A stretch of DNA of 64,000 bases, taken from positions 1,649,613 to 1,713,612 of the forward strand of contig OZ242034.1 of assembly GCA_965205105.1 (NCBI GenBank), written 5' to 3'. The position numbers and the translations under genes were made by a program. The notes beneath the pieces are model-generated. The model saw nothing but the letters and a program-made list of their open reading frames with translations. It was not told the origin of the DNA and searched no databases. Positions within the stretch are counted from its first letter, which is position 1, and every line of letters begins with the position of its first letter. Of this stretch, positions 27,941-36,753 are shown piece by piece. Source of the stretch: Dehalococcoidia bacterium. GTDB lineage: Bacteria; Chloroflexota; Dehalococcoidia; Bin125.

Positions 27941-28855
27941 ATGACAGCCGCTACACAGTCAGACTTCTTGCGGCGAATTCGGGGAGATGATTCCGAAATC
28001 CCTCACGACGACCGCAATTTCTCTCACCTGCTGAACACCGTGGTGAATGGCGACTGCATCGAGGTGATGAGTTCGCTTCCACGAAACTCAGCACAACTGG
28101 TGTTTGCCGATCCTCCTTTCAATCTCAACAAAAAGTATCTGACCTATCACGACAACCGTGATTTCAATGAGTACATGGCGTGGACAGAGCAATGGATCGA
28201 CGCCGCGCTAAACACTTTGCGGGACGACGGCACATTGATGATCTACAATATTCCCAAACTACTCACCTATACAGCCGGTATCCTCAATGATCGAGCCGAA
28301 TTTCGGCACTGGATTGCCTGGAACTCTGGTGGCAAGCCGCTCGGACGAACACTGCAGCCGTCACACTACGGCATCCTGTTCTACACAAAAACGAAAAACA
28401 GTAAGTTCTACGACGTTCGCGCTCCTCACAAATCGTGCAAGAAGTGCAACGCCTACCTCAAAGACTACGGCGGCAAGGAACACCTTCGACATCCTTTCGG
28501 GTATCAGATTGGGGATGTCTGGGACGATATCCATCGCGTCCGCCACGCATCGAAGCGTATCGACAATCACCCGTGTCAGCTGCCTGTTCACTTAGTCGAA
28601 CGCCTCATCCTGATGACAACTGATCCAGGTGATGTAGTCATTGATCCTTTTTGTGGCGGTGGTTCTGCGGCGGTCGCAGCAAGACAGCTAGGGCGGGATT
28701 ACGTCGGGGCTGAGATAGACCCACATTATCAGCAAATTTCACAAGCTAAACTCGATGCGGCATCTCCCACAATGGCCGGTTCTGCATTTGCATCATTTCA
28801 CCTCGGCAGCATCGTCTCCATTCGCGATGCAGACATCGAAGCTGGTTTGACATGA
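27941..28855 (+). CDS. beta-class DNA methyltransferase (N6-adenine or N4-cytosine)
   Basis: 304 aa. Motif IV FADPPFN lies N-terminal to motif I DPFCGGGSAAVAA, which is the beta-class permutation. The gene is strongly low-GC. Confidence 0.85.
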   Translation: MTAATQSDFLRRIRGDDSEIPHDDRNFSHLLNTVVNGDCIEVMSSLPRNSAQLVFADPPFNLNKKYLTYHDNRDFNEYMAWTEQWIDAALNTLRDDGTLMIYNIPKLLTYTAGILNDRAEFRHWIAWNSGGKPLGRTLQPSHYGILFYTKTKNSKFYDVRAPHKSCKKCNAYLKDYGGKEHLRHPFGYQIGDVWDDIHRVRHASKRIDNHPCQLPVHLVERLILMTTDPGDVVIDPFCGGGSAAVAARQLGRDYVGAEIDPHYQQISQAKLDAASPTMAGSAFASFHLGSIVSIRDADIEAGLT

Positions 28856-29763
28856 AACAGCCCGCGAAGCTTGAATTCGAGCAGTTGACCGCCGACATGG
28901 AGACATTTCTTCATTTCCCTGACGTCGAGAATGCTATGAAAGACGAGAAGCGTAGGCGAATACAGGAGGCAAATGTCAGCGGATCGTTCGCTGATCCGTC
29001 TGACGGGCCAGTCGCCAAGATACTCAGTGTACTGAGTGCCGGCAATACGGATGAATACAAAACTCGGATGAAGTATTTGCTTGCCACATCAGGCGGATCG
29101 CTGGAGGCACTCGATAGAGTCTGCGCCGAGATATGCCCGGATGTCGATACGTGGGCCAAGCGCTGGCGTTCTCGAGATGCAACCAAAACCATCGCAGAGT
29201 TTCTATACAACCCCACGGAGTTTGAAAGCATTCCGTGGTTCGTCGCAGAGCAATTTCGGCTCCCGGATCAGTGGGTTGAAATGATGCGAGCAAATCTTTC
29301 AGGTCAGATTCACCGGAGCCTCAGGTCCCTGTACAGCACCAAAACCGGACTGGCATTGGAAACTTCGATTGGCAAAATAGTTGAGGGTGCTGGGTATACT
29401 TGGAACAAGGGGTTTGTGAAATTCGTTGATGACAAAGAAGTTGACGTATCAGTGCCTGACTTAGAATTACCACGTGTCCTCATCATGGCAAGTTACAATC
29501 TCACTACGTCATCAGCTCAGAGCGAACGAGCCAGAGCGCAGCAGTCAATGTATGAGAAACTTCGGACATACAACTCTACTCGCGCACAGGCCAAATCACC
29601 CGATGTGCAGTTGGTGAACGTGATCGATGGTGGAGGCTGGATTAGCAGAGACAGCGATCTGCAAGAAATGCACAGACACTGTGACTACGCTTTCGCATTC
29701 AAACAGCTTGGGCGACTACCGGATGTTCTCCACTACCACATGAAAATCGAAAAAGAATCCTGA
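28852..29763 (+). CDS. putative type II restriction endonuclease (possibly DpnII/MboI-like)
   Basis: Has an ATGA start/stop overlap with the methylase and the same low GC. The segments TGLALETSIGKIVEGAGY, VDVSVPD...VLIMASYNLTTSSAQSERA and NVIDGGGW resemble my memory of DpnII-family blocks. This is unverified. Confidence 0.5.
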   Translation: MKQPAKLEFEQLTADMETFLHFPDVENAMKDEKRRRIQEANVSGSFADPSDGPVAKILSVLSAGNTDEYKTRMKYLLATSGGSLEALDRVCAEICPDVDTWAKRWRSRDATKTIAEFLYNPTEFESIPWFVAEQFRLPDQWVEMMRANLSGQIHRSLRSLYSTKTGLALETSIGKIVEGAGYTWNKGFVKFVDDKEVDVSVPDLELPRVLIMASYNLTTSSAQSERARAQQSMYEKLRTYNSTRAQAKSPDVQLVNVIDGGGWISRDSDLQEMHRHCDYAFAFKQLGRLPDVLHYHMKIEKES

Positions 29764-29817
29764 CGTTTGGTAGAACAGGCCAAGGCATCGCGCACGCCAA
29801 CATTGCTCGACGCCCGC

Positions 29818-30162
29818 TCAAGGCGCTTCCTCGATCGTCGCCGAGAGCGAGCCGCGGCAGTGCGGAATCCTCGGGTCGGGACCCCAGCCGTGAATCTGAT
29901 CCTGATGGCCGCGGACGGTTTCGTAGTCAGCCGTCTCGACAATGCCGCGGCCGTGACCATCGATCATCGAGGCGATCGCGAACGCCTTCTCCTTTGAGTA
30001 GCCGAACACCGCGCCGAGCATTTCAATCACGTACTCGTATGTGTGATCGTCGGAATCGTGCAGGAACAGGTGGTAACGCTTCTCCAGCTCGCTGCCTGGT
30101 TCGAGGTCGGGATCATCCGCGGCGAGGACGTCTGGCCGGGGCAGGGACGGCTGCGTAGTCAT
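29818..30162 (-). CDS. clpS: ATP-dependent Clp protease adaptor ClpS
   Basis: The internal ATG at 30162 gives 114 aa. YHLFLHDSDDHTYEYVIEMLGAVFGYSKEKAFAIASMIDGHGRGIV matches the ClpS core. There is an ATGA overlap with the upstream gene. Confidence 0.85.
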   Translation of the reverse strand: MTTQPSLPRPDVLAADDPDLEPGSELEKRYHLFLHDSDDHTYEYVIEMLGAVFGYSKEKAFAIASMIDGHGRGIVETADYETVRGHQDQIHGWGPDPRIPHCRGSLSATIEEAP

Positions 30163-31616
30163 GCGGGCGTCCCGTTCAACGCATGGCGCAGCGCGCGCAG
30201 TTCCGGCGCGTTCGCGTCGCCGCCGGCCCAAAGTTCGGCGGCGCGGCGATAGGCCGCGCGCGCGTCGTCCAGCTCGCCTTTGGCGGTCTGCGCGCGGCCC
30301 CAACGGAACAGATCCCGCGCGGTCGCGCCGCGATCGAGCCGCTCCTGCAGCAGCGCCAGCGCTTCCTCGGTCCGCCCGGCGCGCAGCCGCGCCTCGATCA
30401 GAGTCTCCTCGAACACGTCGCGCTGGACGTTGGAACCGCCCAACGCGACGAGCAACTCGCGCACCTCGCCCAGTCCGTTGGCCGCCGCCTCGTAGTCGCC
30501 CTGCCCGAACGCTGCCAGCGCCTCAACCACCGGCGCGACGACCGTGCCGGCCGTCGGATGCCCCCGCTTCGCCGCCGCCCGCAAGCCGTCGATCAACTCG
30601 CTCAAGCCGACCGCATCGCCCAGCGCGGCCAACGCCATCGCTCGGTGGACATCGACCCAGGCGGTGCCCGGCCGCGGGAAGGCATCTTCGGCCAGCCGGG
30701 CAATGGCGCGCCAGTCGGCTTGCGCGCCGTTCGTCCCGCCGCCAACCGGATCGCCCGCCGTGTCGTGCAGCCGGCAGCGCCAGAGCAGCGAGGCGGCGTC
30801 GGCTACGCCGCCCAGCGCGTCGCCCTGTTCGTCGGCGGCGGGGCGGATCGCGTCGTCGTGCAGCGCCAGCGCGGCGGCGCGGCGGCCGTCGGCGAGCAGG
30901 AACAGCGCGTGATGCCAGGTCAGGTGGCGAAAGAATCCGGCCCGCTCGGGGAATTCCACGAGCCAGCCGTCGAGGAATTGCGCGCCGCCGCCGATGTCGT
31001 GTTCCTCGAAAAACACGTGCGACATCGCGTGCGCCGCCTGACCGTTCTGCCGGCGCAGCGCCAGCGACCGCTCGACCAGCCGCCGCGCCGCCTCCAGCCG
31101 ATCCATCTCGTGGTTGGCGAAGGCGTGCCAGCTCAGGAACCACCAGTCGTCGCCGTAGGCCGGCGCGAGATGATCGAACTGCTCCAGCATGCGCTCGCGC
31201 TTCTCGACCCCGCCGCCGTAAAAGTTGCCGCCCAGCCACTGGAGCACGATGGGCGCGTCGCGCGGCGTCTCGCCCAGATGCTGCGCAATCAGCGCCGGCG
31301 CTTCCGACGCCTTGCCGCGCGCCGCCGCGCCCAGAATGGCGGCGTGGCGCTGCTCGCGCGGCGTCGCCCGCGCCGCCAGCTCGTGCGCCGTAGTCGCCAG
31401 CTCGGCGGCCCGTTTGCCCTCGCCGCGGAAGAGATGGAACAGCCCCAGCTGCGAGTGCGCCAGCGCGAAGTGCGGGTCGAGCGCGATCGCCCGCTGCAGG
31501 GCATCTTCGACCCCCAGGGTGTAGGAGAGCATGCGGTCGACGCCCAGCCGATACGACTCGGCCGCTTCCGTCGAGGTGGTCAGGGGCAGACCCCAGGCAT
31601 CGTTGGGCAACGTCAT
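30159..31616 (-). CDS. TPR protein, TTC38-like
   Basis: The start MTLPNDAWGLPLTT is at 31616. Repeated TPR-like helices are present, with AIALDPHFALAHSQLGLFHL and LTWHHALFLL. The family name is from memory. Confidence 0.7.
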   Translation of the reverse strand: MTLPNDAWGLPLTTSTEAAESYRLGVDRMLSYTLGVEDALQRAIALDPHFALAHSQLGLFHLFRGEGKRAAELATTAHELAARATPREQRHAAILGAAARGKASEAPALIAQHLGETPRDAPIVLQWLGGNFYGGGVEKRERMLEQFDHLAPAYGDDWWFLSWHAFANHEMDRLEAARRLVERSLALRRQNGQAAHAMSHVFFEEHDIGGGAQFLDGWLVEFPERAGFFRHLTWHHALFLLADGRRAAALALHDDAIRPAADEQGDALGGVADAASLLWRCRLHDTAGDPVGGGTNGAQADWRAIARLAEDAFPRPGTAWVDVHRAMALAALGDAVGLSELIDGLRAAAKRGHPTAGTVVAPVVEALAAFGQGDYEAAANGLGEVRELLVALGGSNVQRDVFEETLIEARLRAGRTEEALALLQERLDRGATARDLFRWGRAQTAKGELDDARAAYRRAAELWAGGDANAPELRALRHALNGTPA

Positions 31617-31729
31617 TCGTGATCTCTCCCCGCTCGTTCGCAATCCACTCAGGGCGTGTTCAGGGTAAGCGGTTCAACAGGGGCAGCCCCGCTGCACACG
31701 GAGGACAAGCTGCCTAGACTGAGCGGAGC

Positions 31730-32767
31730 ATGGCGACACCCGAAGACACCGGCATCGTCCGCCAGGCGCCGCGGCTGGCGTCGCTGCTCGCCGATGCCGC
31801 GCCTGTACCAATCGACCAGGACCGCGCCCGCGGCGTCCTGCTCGGACTGGCGGTCGGCAATCTGCTCGGGCTGCCGGTCGAGGGCGCGAGCCGCGCCGCG
31901 ATCGCGCGCGCCCACTCGGGCGGTCTGCGCGAGATCGACCCGCGCGAAGCCAGCCGCCCGATGGACGACGATCTGGCCCAGGCGGTCGAACTCGCCGCGG
32001 CGTTGGCCCAGGATCTCGATCCGATCCAGGGATTCGCCGAACGGCTGGTGCACTGGCGCGCGGCCAACGGCCGCGGCATCGGGATCATGACCGCGACCGT
32101 GATCGACTATCTGGAAGTCGGGCTCGGCGTACCCGGCGCCGCCCGCGCGTTCTGGCGCGAGCGGGGCAGTCCGCAGACGCAACCCAACGGCGCGCTGATG
32201 CGCTGCGCGCCCGTTGCGCTGCGGTACGCGCTCGAACCAGCCGAGCTGATCGCGCAGACCGCAGCCGCCTGCGCGGTCACGCACTACGCGGCGGGCGCGC
32301 AATGGTCCTGCATCCTCGTCAACATCGCCATCGCCATGCTGCTGCGCGGACGCTCGCCGAAACGCGACGATCTCATCCTGGCCGCAACGCAGGACGGCGC
32401 GCCGGCCGAGCTGATCTCCTGGATCCTCGCCATCCCCGACGCCATCGACGCGCGAATCGCCGAAGAGCAGATGGTCGGCCACACCTATCTCTGCATGCAG
32501 GCGGCGCTCTGGTGCATCGACGCGGGCGACGATCTCGAAACGGCGCTGATCCGCATCGTCAACGCGGGCGGCGACACCGACACCAACGCCGCCGTCGCCG
32601 GCGCAGTGCTGGGCGCCAGGTACGGCGCGTCGGCGATTCCCAAGCGCTGGCTGCCCCGCATCCCGCAACGCGAACGGATCGAGTCGCTGACCGAAACGCT
32701 GCTGAGCAGCGGCCGCGCAGCCAACGAGTTCTGGCATCGCCGCCGCCGCACGGATGCGAAAGCGTAA
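31730..32767 (+). CDS. ADP-ribosylglycohydrolase family protein
   Basis: 345 aa. Contains GVLLGLAVGNLLGLPVEG and GGDTDTNAAVAGAVLGARYG. Confidence 0.85.
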   Translation: MATPEDTGIVRQAPRLASLLADAAPVPIDQDRARGVLLGLAVGNLLGLPVEGASRAAIARAHSGGLREIDPREASRPMDDDLAQAVELAAALAQDLDPIQGFAERLVHWRAANGRGIGIMTATVIDYLEVGLGVPGAARAFWRERGSPQTQPNGALMRCAPVALRYALEPAELIAQTAAACAVTHYAAGAQWSCILVNIAIAMLLRGRSPKRDDLILAATQDGAPAELISWILAIPDAIDARIAEEQMVGHTYLCMQAALWCIDAGDDLETALIRIVNAGGDTDTNAAVAGAVLGARYGASAIPKRWLPRIPQRERIESLTETLLSSGRAANEFWHRRRRTDAKA

Positions 32768-32820
32768 GGCCGCACCGGGCGCGATCGTACTCCACTAGCT
32801 GGTATATGGCAGCGCCAAGA

Positions 32821-33345
32821 TTATCCAGTGACCTGAACTCTCGAACCGCCTCGATGGTCCCAACCGGGATACTTGAATGCCAGCCTGACAGCCAGATCGC
32901 ATGGCCGGTCTTCTGTGCACGGCTTCGGGCGCAGCAGTCGGTGGTGCGGCCGCGCCGTCCGGGCACTTGTCCGGCGCGGTCGCGGTTCTGAGTGATCCAG
33001 CACGGCCAGCGCCAGCAGCAGTGGTACTGACAACAGTGCGAACAAGAGGAAGAACGCTATGGCGACAGCTCCCGCTGCCGCCGCAACTGTTACGGCAACC
33101 ACCACGGCAGCAACAATCAGCGCGCCAATGACCACCAACGTAGCCGCCAGTACCAGCCATGCCAACACAGTAACGAGCAACGTCCACAGCGAGCGCCACC
33201 ACGGCCCGCCGTTGCCCGCCCGCTCGCCACCGTTGGCCTGGTTGATGACAATCACGTCATCGCGTTGCAGCGGCAGCTGTAGCTCATGCAGCGCCCGGTC
33301 AGCGCGGCGCGGCGTGAGATGCCTGGTCGATCCCGTATCCAACAT
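32821..33345 (-). CDS. hypothetical membrane protein
   Basis: Has a long hydrophobic core (WWRSLWTLLVTVLAWLVLAATLVVIGALIVAAVVVAV...FFLLFALLSVPLLLALAVL). The C-terminal tail looks non-coding-like, so the extent is uncertain. Confidence 0.35.
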   Translation of the reverse strand: MLDTGSTRHLTPRRADRALHELQLPLQRDDVIVINQANGGERAGNGGPWWRSLWTLLVTVLAWLVLAATLVVIGALIVAAVVVAVTVAAAAGAVAIAFFLLFALLSVPLLLALAVLDHSEPRPRRTSARTARPHHRLLRPKPCTEDRPCDLAVRLAFKYPGWDHRGGSRVQVTG

Positions 33346-33575
33346 TCCACCTACTTCGTAGACCCACCGACAACGGGTAGGCCGCTAGCCGAGCGCGCAT
33401 TGAAGGCTCGGCGCAGTTGCGTGTTGATCACTCTATGTCGGCTCTCATAGAATCGATATCAACCATCCTAGCGCACGGACCGAAAAAAGTCAAGCAACGA
33501 TCTGTGCCGACGGCGACAGAGTGCGTGATCGGCATTGCTGGCCGACTCGCTGCTGATCGGCAGCCGCGCAGCCAA

Positions 33576-34013
33576 CTAGTTATCGATGACCCACCTGTAC
33601 AGCACAGGAAAACCACTCGCCAATTTCGGCAGGGTGAGCCGGGCAACGCCGACCGTAACGATCGGCGCGATAGACAACAGCCACAAGTACAGAAAGGACC
33701 GCATGTACCCGGTCTCATCAACTAGCGGTGAAACGAGCAGCACCCCTATCGCGACAGACCAGATAGTCACCATCGCGTTGTAGATCGTCGCCGCCCCGTT
33801 CTTGTGTCTGCTCCACCTGAACAGCGCGGGAGATCCGTGATTGCGGATAATGTTGACAAGGTGGATGACGACGAGCGGGACGACGCCGAACAGCATCACG
33901 AGCAGCAGGATCAGCGCAGCTGTCTCCTGGGATTTGTTGAGCGCGAACAGGCCGCCCGCGATCGGTATCGCAATGCAGTATGTCGTCAGCGCCCAGCTCT
34001 GAGGCTTCGTCAA
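33576..34013 (-). CDS. hypothetical 4-TM membrane protein
   Basis: 145 aa with four clear hydrophobic helices. GC is lower than in the surroundings. I recognise no family. Confidence 0.55.
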   Translation of the reverse strand: MTKPQSWALTTYCIAIPIAGGLFALNKSQETAALILLLVMLFGVVPLVVIHLVNIIRNHGSPALFRWSRHKNGAATIYNAMVTIWSVAIGVLLVSPLVDETGYMRSFLYLWLLSIAPIVTVGVARLTLPKLASGFPVLYRWVIDN

Positions 34014-34137
34014 TCCCTGCCGCTCGGGAACGAATCAGATTGCCTTCGCAGCGTGCCAGATTCCCGCCGCCGCTGTCCAGGGCGTCATTGACCGACCCCC
34101 ATGATCGCGCCGGAGCACCTTACGGCGAATCCAGGAT

Positions 34138-34944
34138 TCAGACGCGGGCAGTGGCGGCGCCGTCGACGGCGATGGTCTCGCCCGTGATGAAGCCGGAGTC
34201 GGCGGCCAGCGCAACGACCGCCGCGCCGACATCTTCGAGTTTGACCAGCGCCTTGGCCGGCAGCATGCGGGCAAGCCGTTGCGCGGACTCGGCGTCATCG
34301 CCGAATCCACGCTGCCCCTCGTAGATGCCCACCTGGAGCGCGTTGACGGTGATCCCCGTTCGCGCCCATTCCTGCGATAACGCGCGGGTGACCGCCAGCA
34401 CGCCGGCGTGCGCGGCGGCGTAGGCGGCCGTGTTGGCCACGCCTCTCGCCGCCAGGACCGAGGCGATGTTGATGATGCGGCCGTAGCCATGCACGCGCAT
34501 GACCCGCGCCGCCGCCGCCGCGGTCATCGACGGGGCGAGCAGGTTGGCGGCCAGAACACTCTGCCAGTCGGCCGGGCTCAACTCGTCAATCGGCACCGCG
34601 ACCGGCAGGTCCGCGGCGTTGACCAGAATGTCGAGCCCGCCCAGTTCCGACGCCGCGCGCGCGATCGCGGCGTCGACGCTGTGCTGGTCGCCGGCGTCCA
34701 GCGCGATCGCGGCGTTGGCGCGTCCCAACGACCAGATTTCATTGGCGACCGAGTTGACCCGCACCAGCTCCTGCGGGCCGTCGCGCAGGCTGGCGGCGGC
34801 GACATCGGCGCCGGCCTCGGCCAACGCCACCGCCGCCGCGCGGCCGAGCGGATCACCCGCGCCGACGACCAGCGCGACGCGCCCCTGCAGCGAGAACGGA
34901 TCCTGGGGCGGCTCGGGATTGGGGGTTGGAGCGAATGCTGACAT
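34138..34944 (-). CDS. SDR family oxidoreductase
   Basis: 268 aa. Has the Rossmann motif VVGAGDPLG, NAA, and the YAAAHAG catalytic Y-x3-(K/H) region. Classical SDR length. Confidence 0.8.
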   Translation of the reverse strand: MSAFAPTPNPEPPQDPFSLQGRVALVVGAGDPLGRAAAVALAEAGADVAAASLRDGPQELVRVNSVANEIWSLGRANAAIALDAGDQHSVDAAIARAASELGGLDILVNAADLPVAVPIDELSPADWQSVLAANLLAPSMTAAAAARVMRVHGYGRIINIASVLAARGVANTAAYAAAHAGVLAVTRALSQEWARTGITVNALQVGIYEGQRGFGDDAESAQRLARMLPAKALVKLEDVGAAVVALAADSGFITGETIAVDGAATARV

Positions 34945-34955
34945 CGCCGGCTCCC

Positions 34956-35768
34956 CTAGCTCGGCTCGGTCAGGGGCGCGTGCGGGGCCCAGCCGGTCGG
35001 CCCGATCGCCGCCAGTCCGCCGCCGTCCTGGGCGATCGTCTCGCCGTTGATCCCGGCCGCCGCGTCGGAGGAGAGGAATACCGCCAGCGGCCCCATCTCC
35101 CAGGCCAAGCCGGCTCGGCCGACCGGGATATAGCGGCCGCCGCGCCAGCGCTCCAACGCCTGCGGCGTATGCGGAAAAATGCCGGGCGCGATGCAGTTGG
35201 TGCGCACCCCGGCCGGGCCGTAGGTGACCGCCAACGATCTGGTCAGGTTGACGACCCCCGCCTTGGCCGAGACGTACATCCAGTTGTCGCGCCCGCCGCG
35301 CAGCCCGAACCCGCTGGCGACATTAATGATCACGCCCGAACCGCGCTCGACCAGATGCGGCAGCACGGCGCGCGCGCAGAGCATCTGCGAGGTCAGGTTC
35401 ACATCGATGCCGCGGCGCCACTGCTCGTCGCTGAGCTGCTCCAGCGGCGCGCCGTCGCCGTCCGCGCCGCCGCCGGCGTTGTTGACCAGCACATCGACGT
35501 GGCCGAAGCGTGAGATCGTCTCGGCGGTCATCGCTTCGACCGCCGCCGGATCGGTCACGTCGGCGGCGATGGCGATCGCCTCGCCGCCGCGCGCACGGAC
35601 GAGCTCGGCCGTCTCATCCAGCTGCGTCAGGGTGCGGGCGGCGCCGGCGACTCTGGCGCCGGCATCCGCATAGGCGAGCGCCATCGCCCGCCCCAGGCCG
35701 CGTCCCGCTCCGGTGAGCAGGACGACCTGGCCGTCCAGTCGAAATCGCGCTCGGGATGCGATGGCCAT
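34956..35768 (-). CDS. SDR family oxidoreductase
   Basis: ATG at 35768 (the track start at 35801 is TTG). Motifs are LLTGAGRGLG, NNAG and YVSAKAG (Y-x3-K). Confidence 0.85.
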   Translation of the reverse strand: MAIASRARFRLDGQVVLLTGAGRGLGRAMALAYADAGARVAGAARTLTQLDETAELVRARGGEAIAIAADVTDPAAVEAMTAETISRFGHVDVLVNNAGGGADGDGAPLEQLSDEQWRRGIDVNLTSQMLCARAVLPHLVERGSGVIINVASGFGLRGGRDNWMYVSAKAGVVNLTRSLAVTYGPAGVRTNCIAPGIFPHTPQALERWRGGRYIPVGRAGLAWEMGPLAVFLSSDAAAGINGETIAQDGGGLAAIGPTGWAPHAPLTEPS

Positions 35769-35818
35769 GCTGCACGCGCCGCTCTGGCAGGTATCTGGCA
35801 AGTATCTGACAGGCCGGA

Positions 35819-36715
35819 CTAGCGGGACGACTCAGCCTTGCGGGCCTGGGCCGCTTCCGAGCCGCGTCCGTCGCCGAAGCGATTGTCGCGCCACTCGAGC
35901 GCCGCCTTGAGCCCTTTCTCGCGCGCCATCTTGCCGAACTCCTGCACCGCCGGCGCCAGATGGGCGCGGGCGTCATTCTCGGACGCGAGCCGCTGCAACG
36001 TGCGCGCCCCCATGATCTCCAGACCCAGATTGACGATGCGCTTGTTGGCGGAGAGCAACTCGTGGTCGATCATCGCCATCTTGTCGGCCAGCGCCTCGAC
36101 CTCGCCGTCCAATCGGTCGGCGGGGACGGCGTCGTAGACCAGGCCGCGCCGCGCCGCCTCGGCGCCCGAGATGCTGTCGCCGGTCAGCAGCATCCGCTTG
36201 GCGAACTGCGGGCCGCCGTGATAGAGCCACATATGCGCCGGCGGCGCGCCCATCGCGCGCACCGGCGGGAAGCCGATCACCGCGTCCTCAGCGGCGATGA
36301 TGATGTCCGAGAGCAGCACCAGGTCCGTGCCGCCGGCCAGACAGTAGCCGTGCACCTTGCCGATCACCGGCTTGTGCATGTCGAAGATCGCCATCCGCGC
36401 CCGCTGCGCCCGCTCCATGCCCCAGGTGTCGTCGTCGAAGCTGACCCGGCCGCGATAGACCTTGTCGTAGGTCTCCTGCGAATCGCGGGTCGAGCCGGTC
36501 AGGTCGTAGCCGGCCGAGAACGCGCGCCCGGCGCCGCTCAGAATCACGCAGTGCACGGCGGTGTCGTTGTCCGCCTCCCACATCGCCTCCGCCAGCTCCT
36601 GCTGCAGCGCGTTCGAGAGCGCGTTCAGCTTCTCGGGGCGGTTGAGGGTGACATAGGCCTTGCGGTCCTGCACCCGATACAGAATGTTCTCGAAATCAGT
36701 CATCTCACGCTCCAT
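35819..36715 (-). CDS. enoyl-CoA hydratase/isomerase (crotonase) family
   Basis: 298 aa. Contains VTLNRPEKLNAL, GAGRAFSAGYDL and HGYCLAGGTDL. Confidence 0.9.
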   Translation of the reverse strand: MEREMTDFENILYRVQDRKAYVTLNRPEKLNALSNALQQELAEAMWEADNDTAVHCVILSGAGRAFSAGYDLTGSTRDSQETYDKVYRGRVSFDDDTWGMERAQRARMAIFDMHKPVIGKVHGYCLAGGTDLVLLSDIIIAAEDAVIGFPPVRAMGAPPAHMWLYHGGPQFAKRMLLTGDSISGAEAARRGLVYDAVPADRLDGEVEALADKMAMIDHELLSANKRIVNLGLEIMGARTLQRLASENDARAHLAPAVQEFGKMAREKGLKAALEWRDNRFGDGRGSEAAQARKAESSR

Positions 36716-36753
36716 AAATATGGCCTTCGGCAGCGTCAGTCTAGCGAAGCGAG

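Noticed and set aside
27894-29822. 7-bp direct repeat GCTCAAG flanking the low-GC R-M cassette (27894..27900 and 29816..29822) as possible insertion-site duplication
   Set aside because: Seven bp is too short to be significant in 64 kb, and the right copy overlaps the clpS stop codon. I cannot distinguish it from chance.
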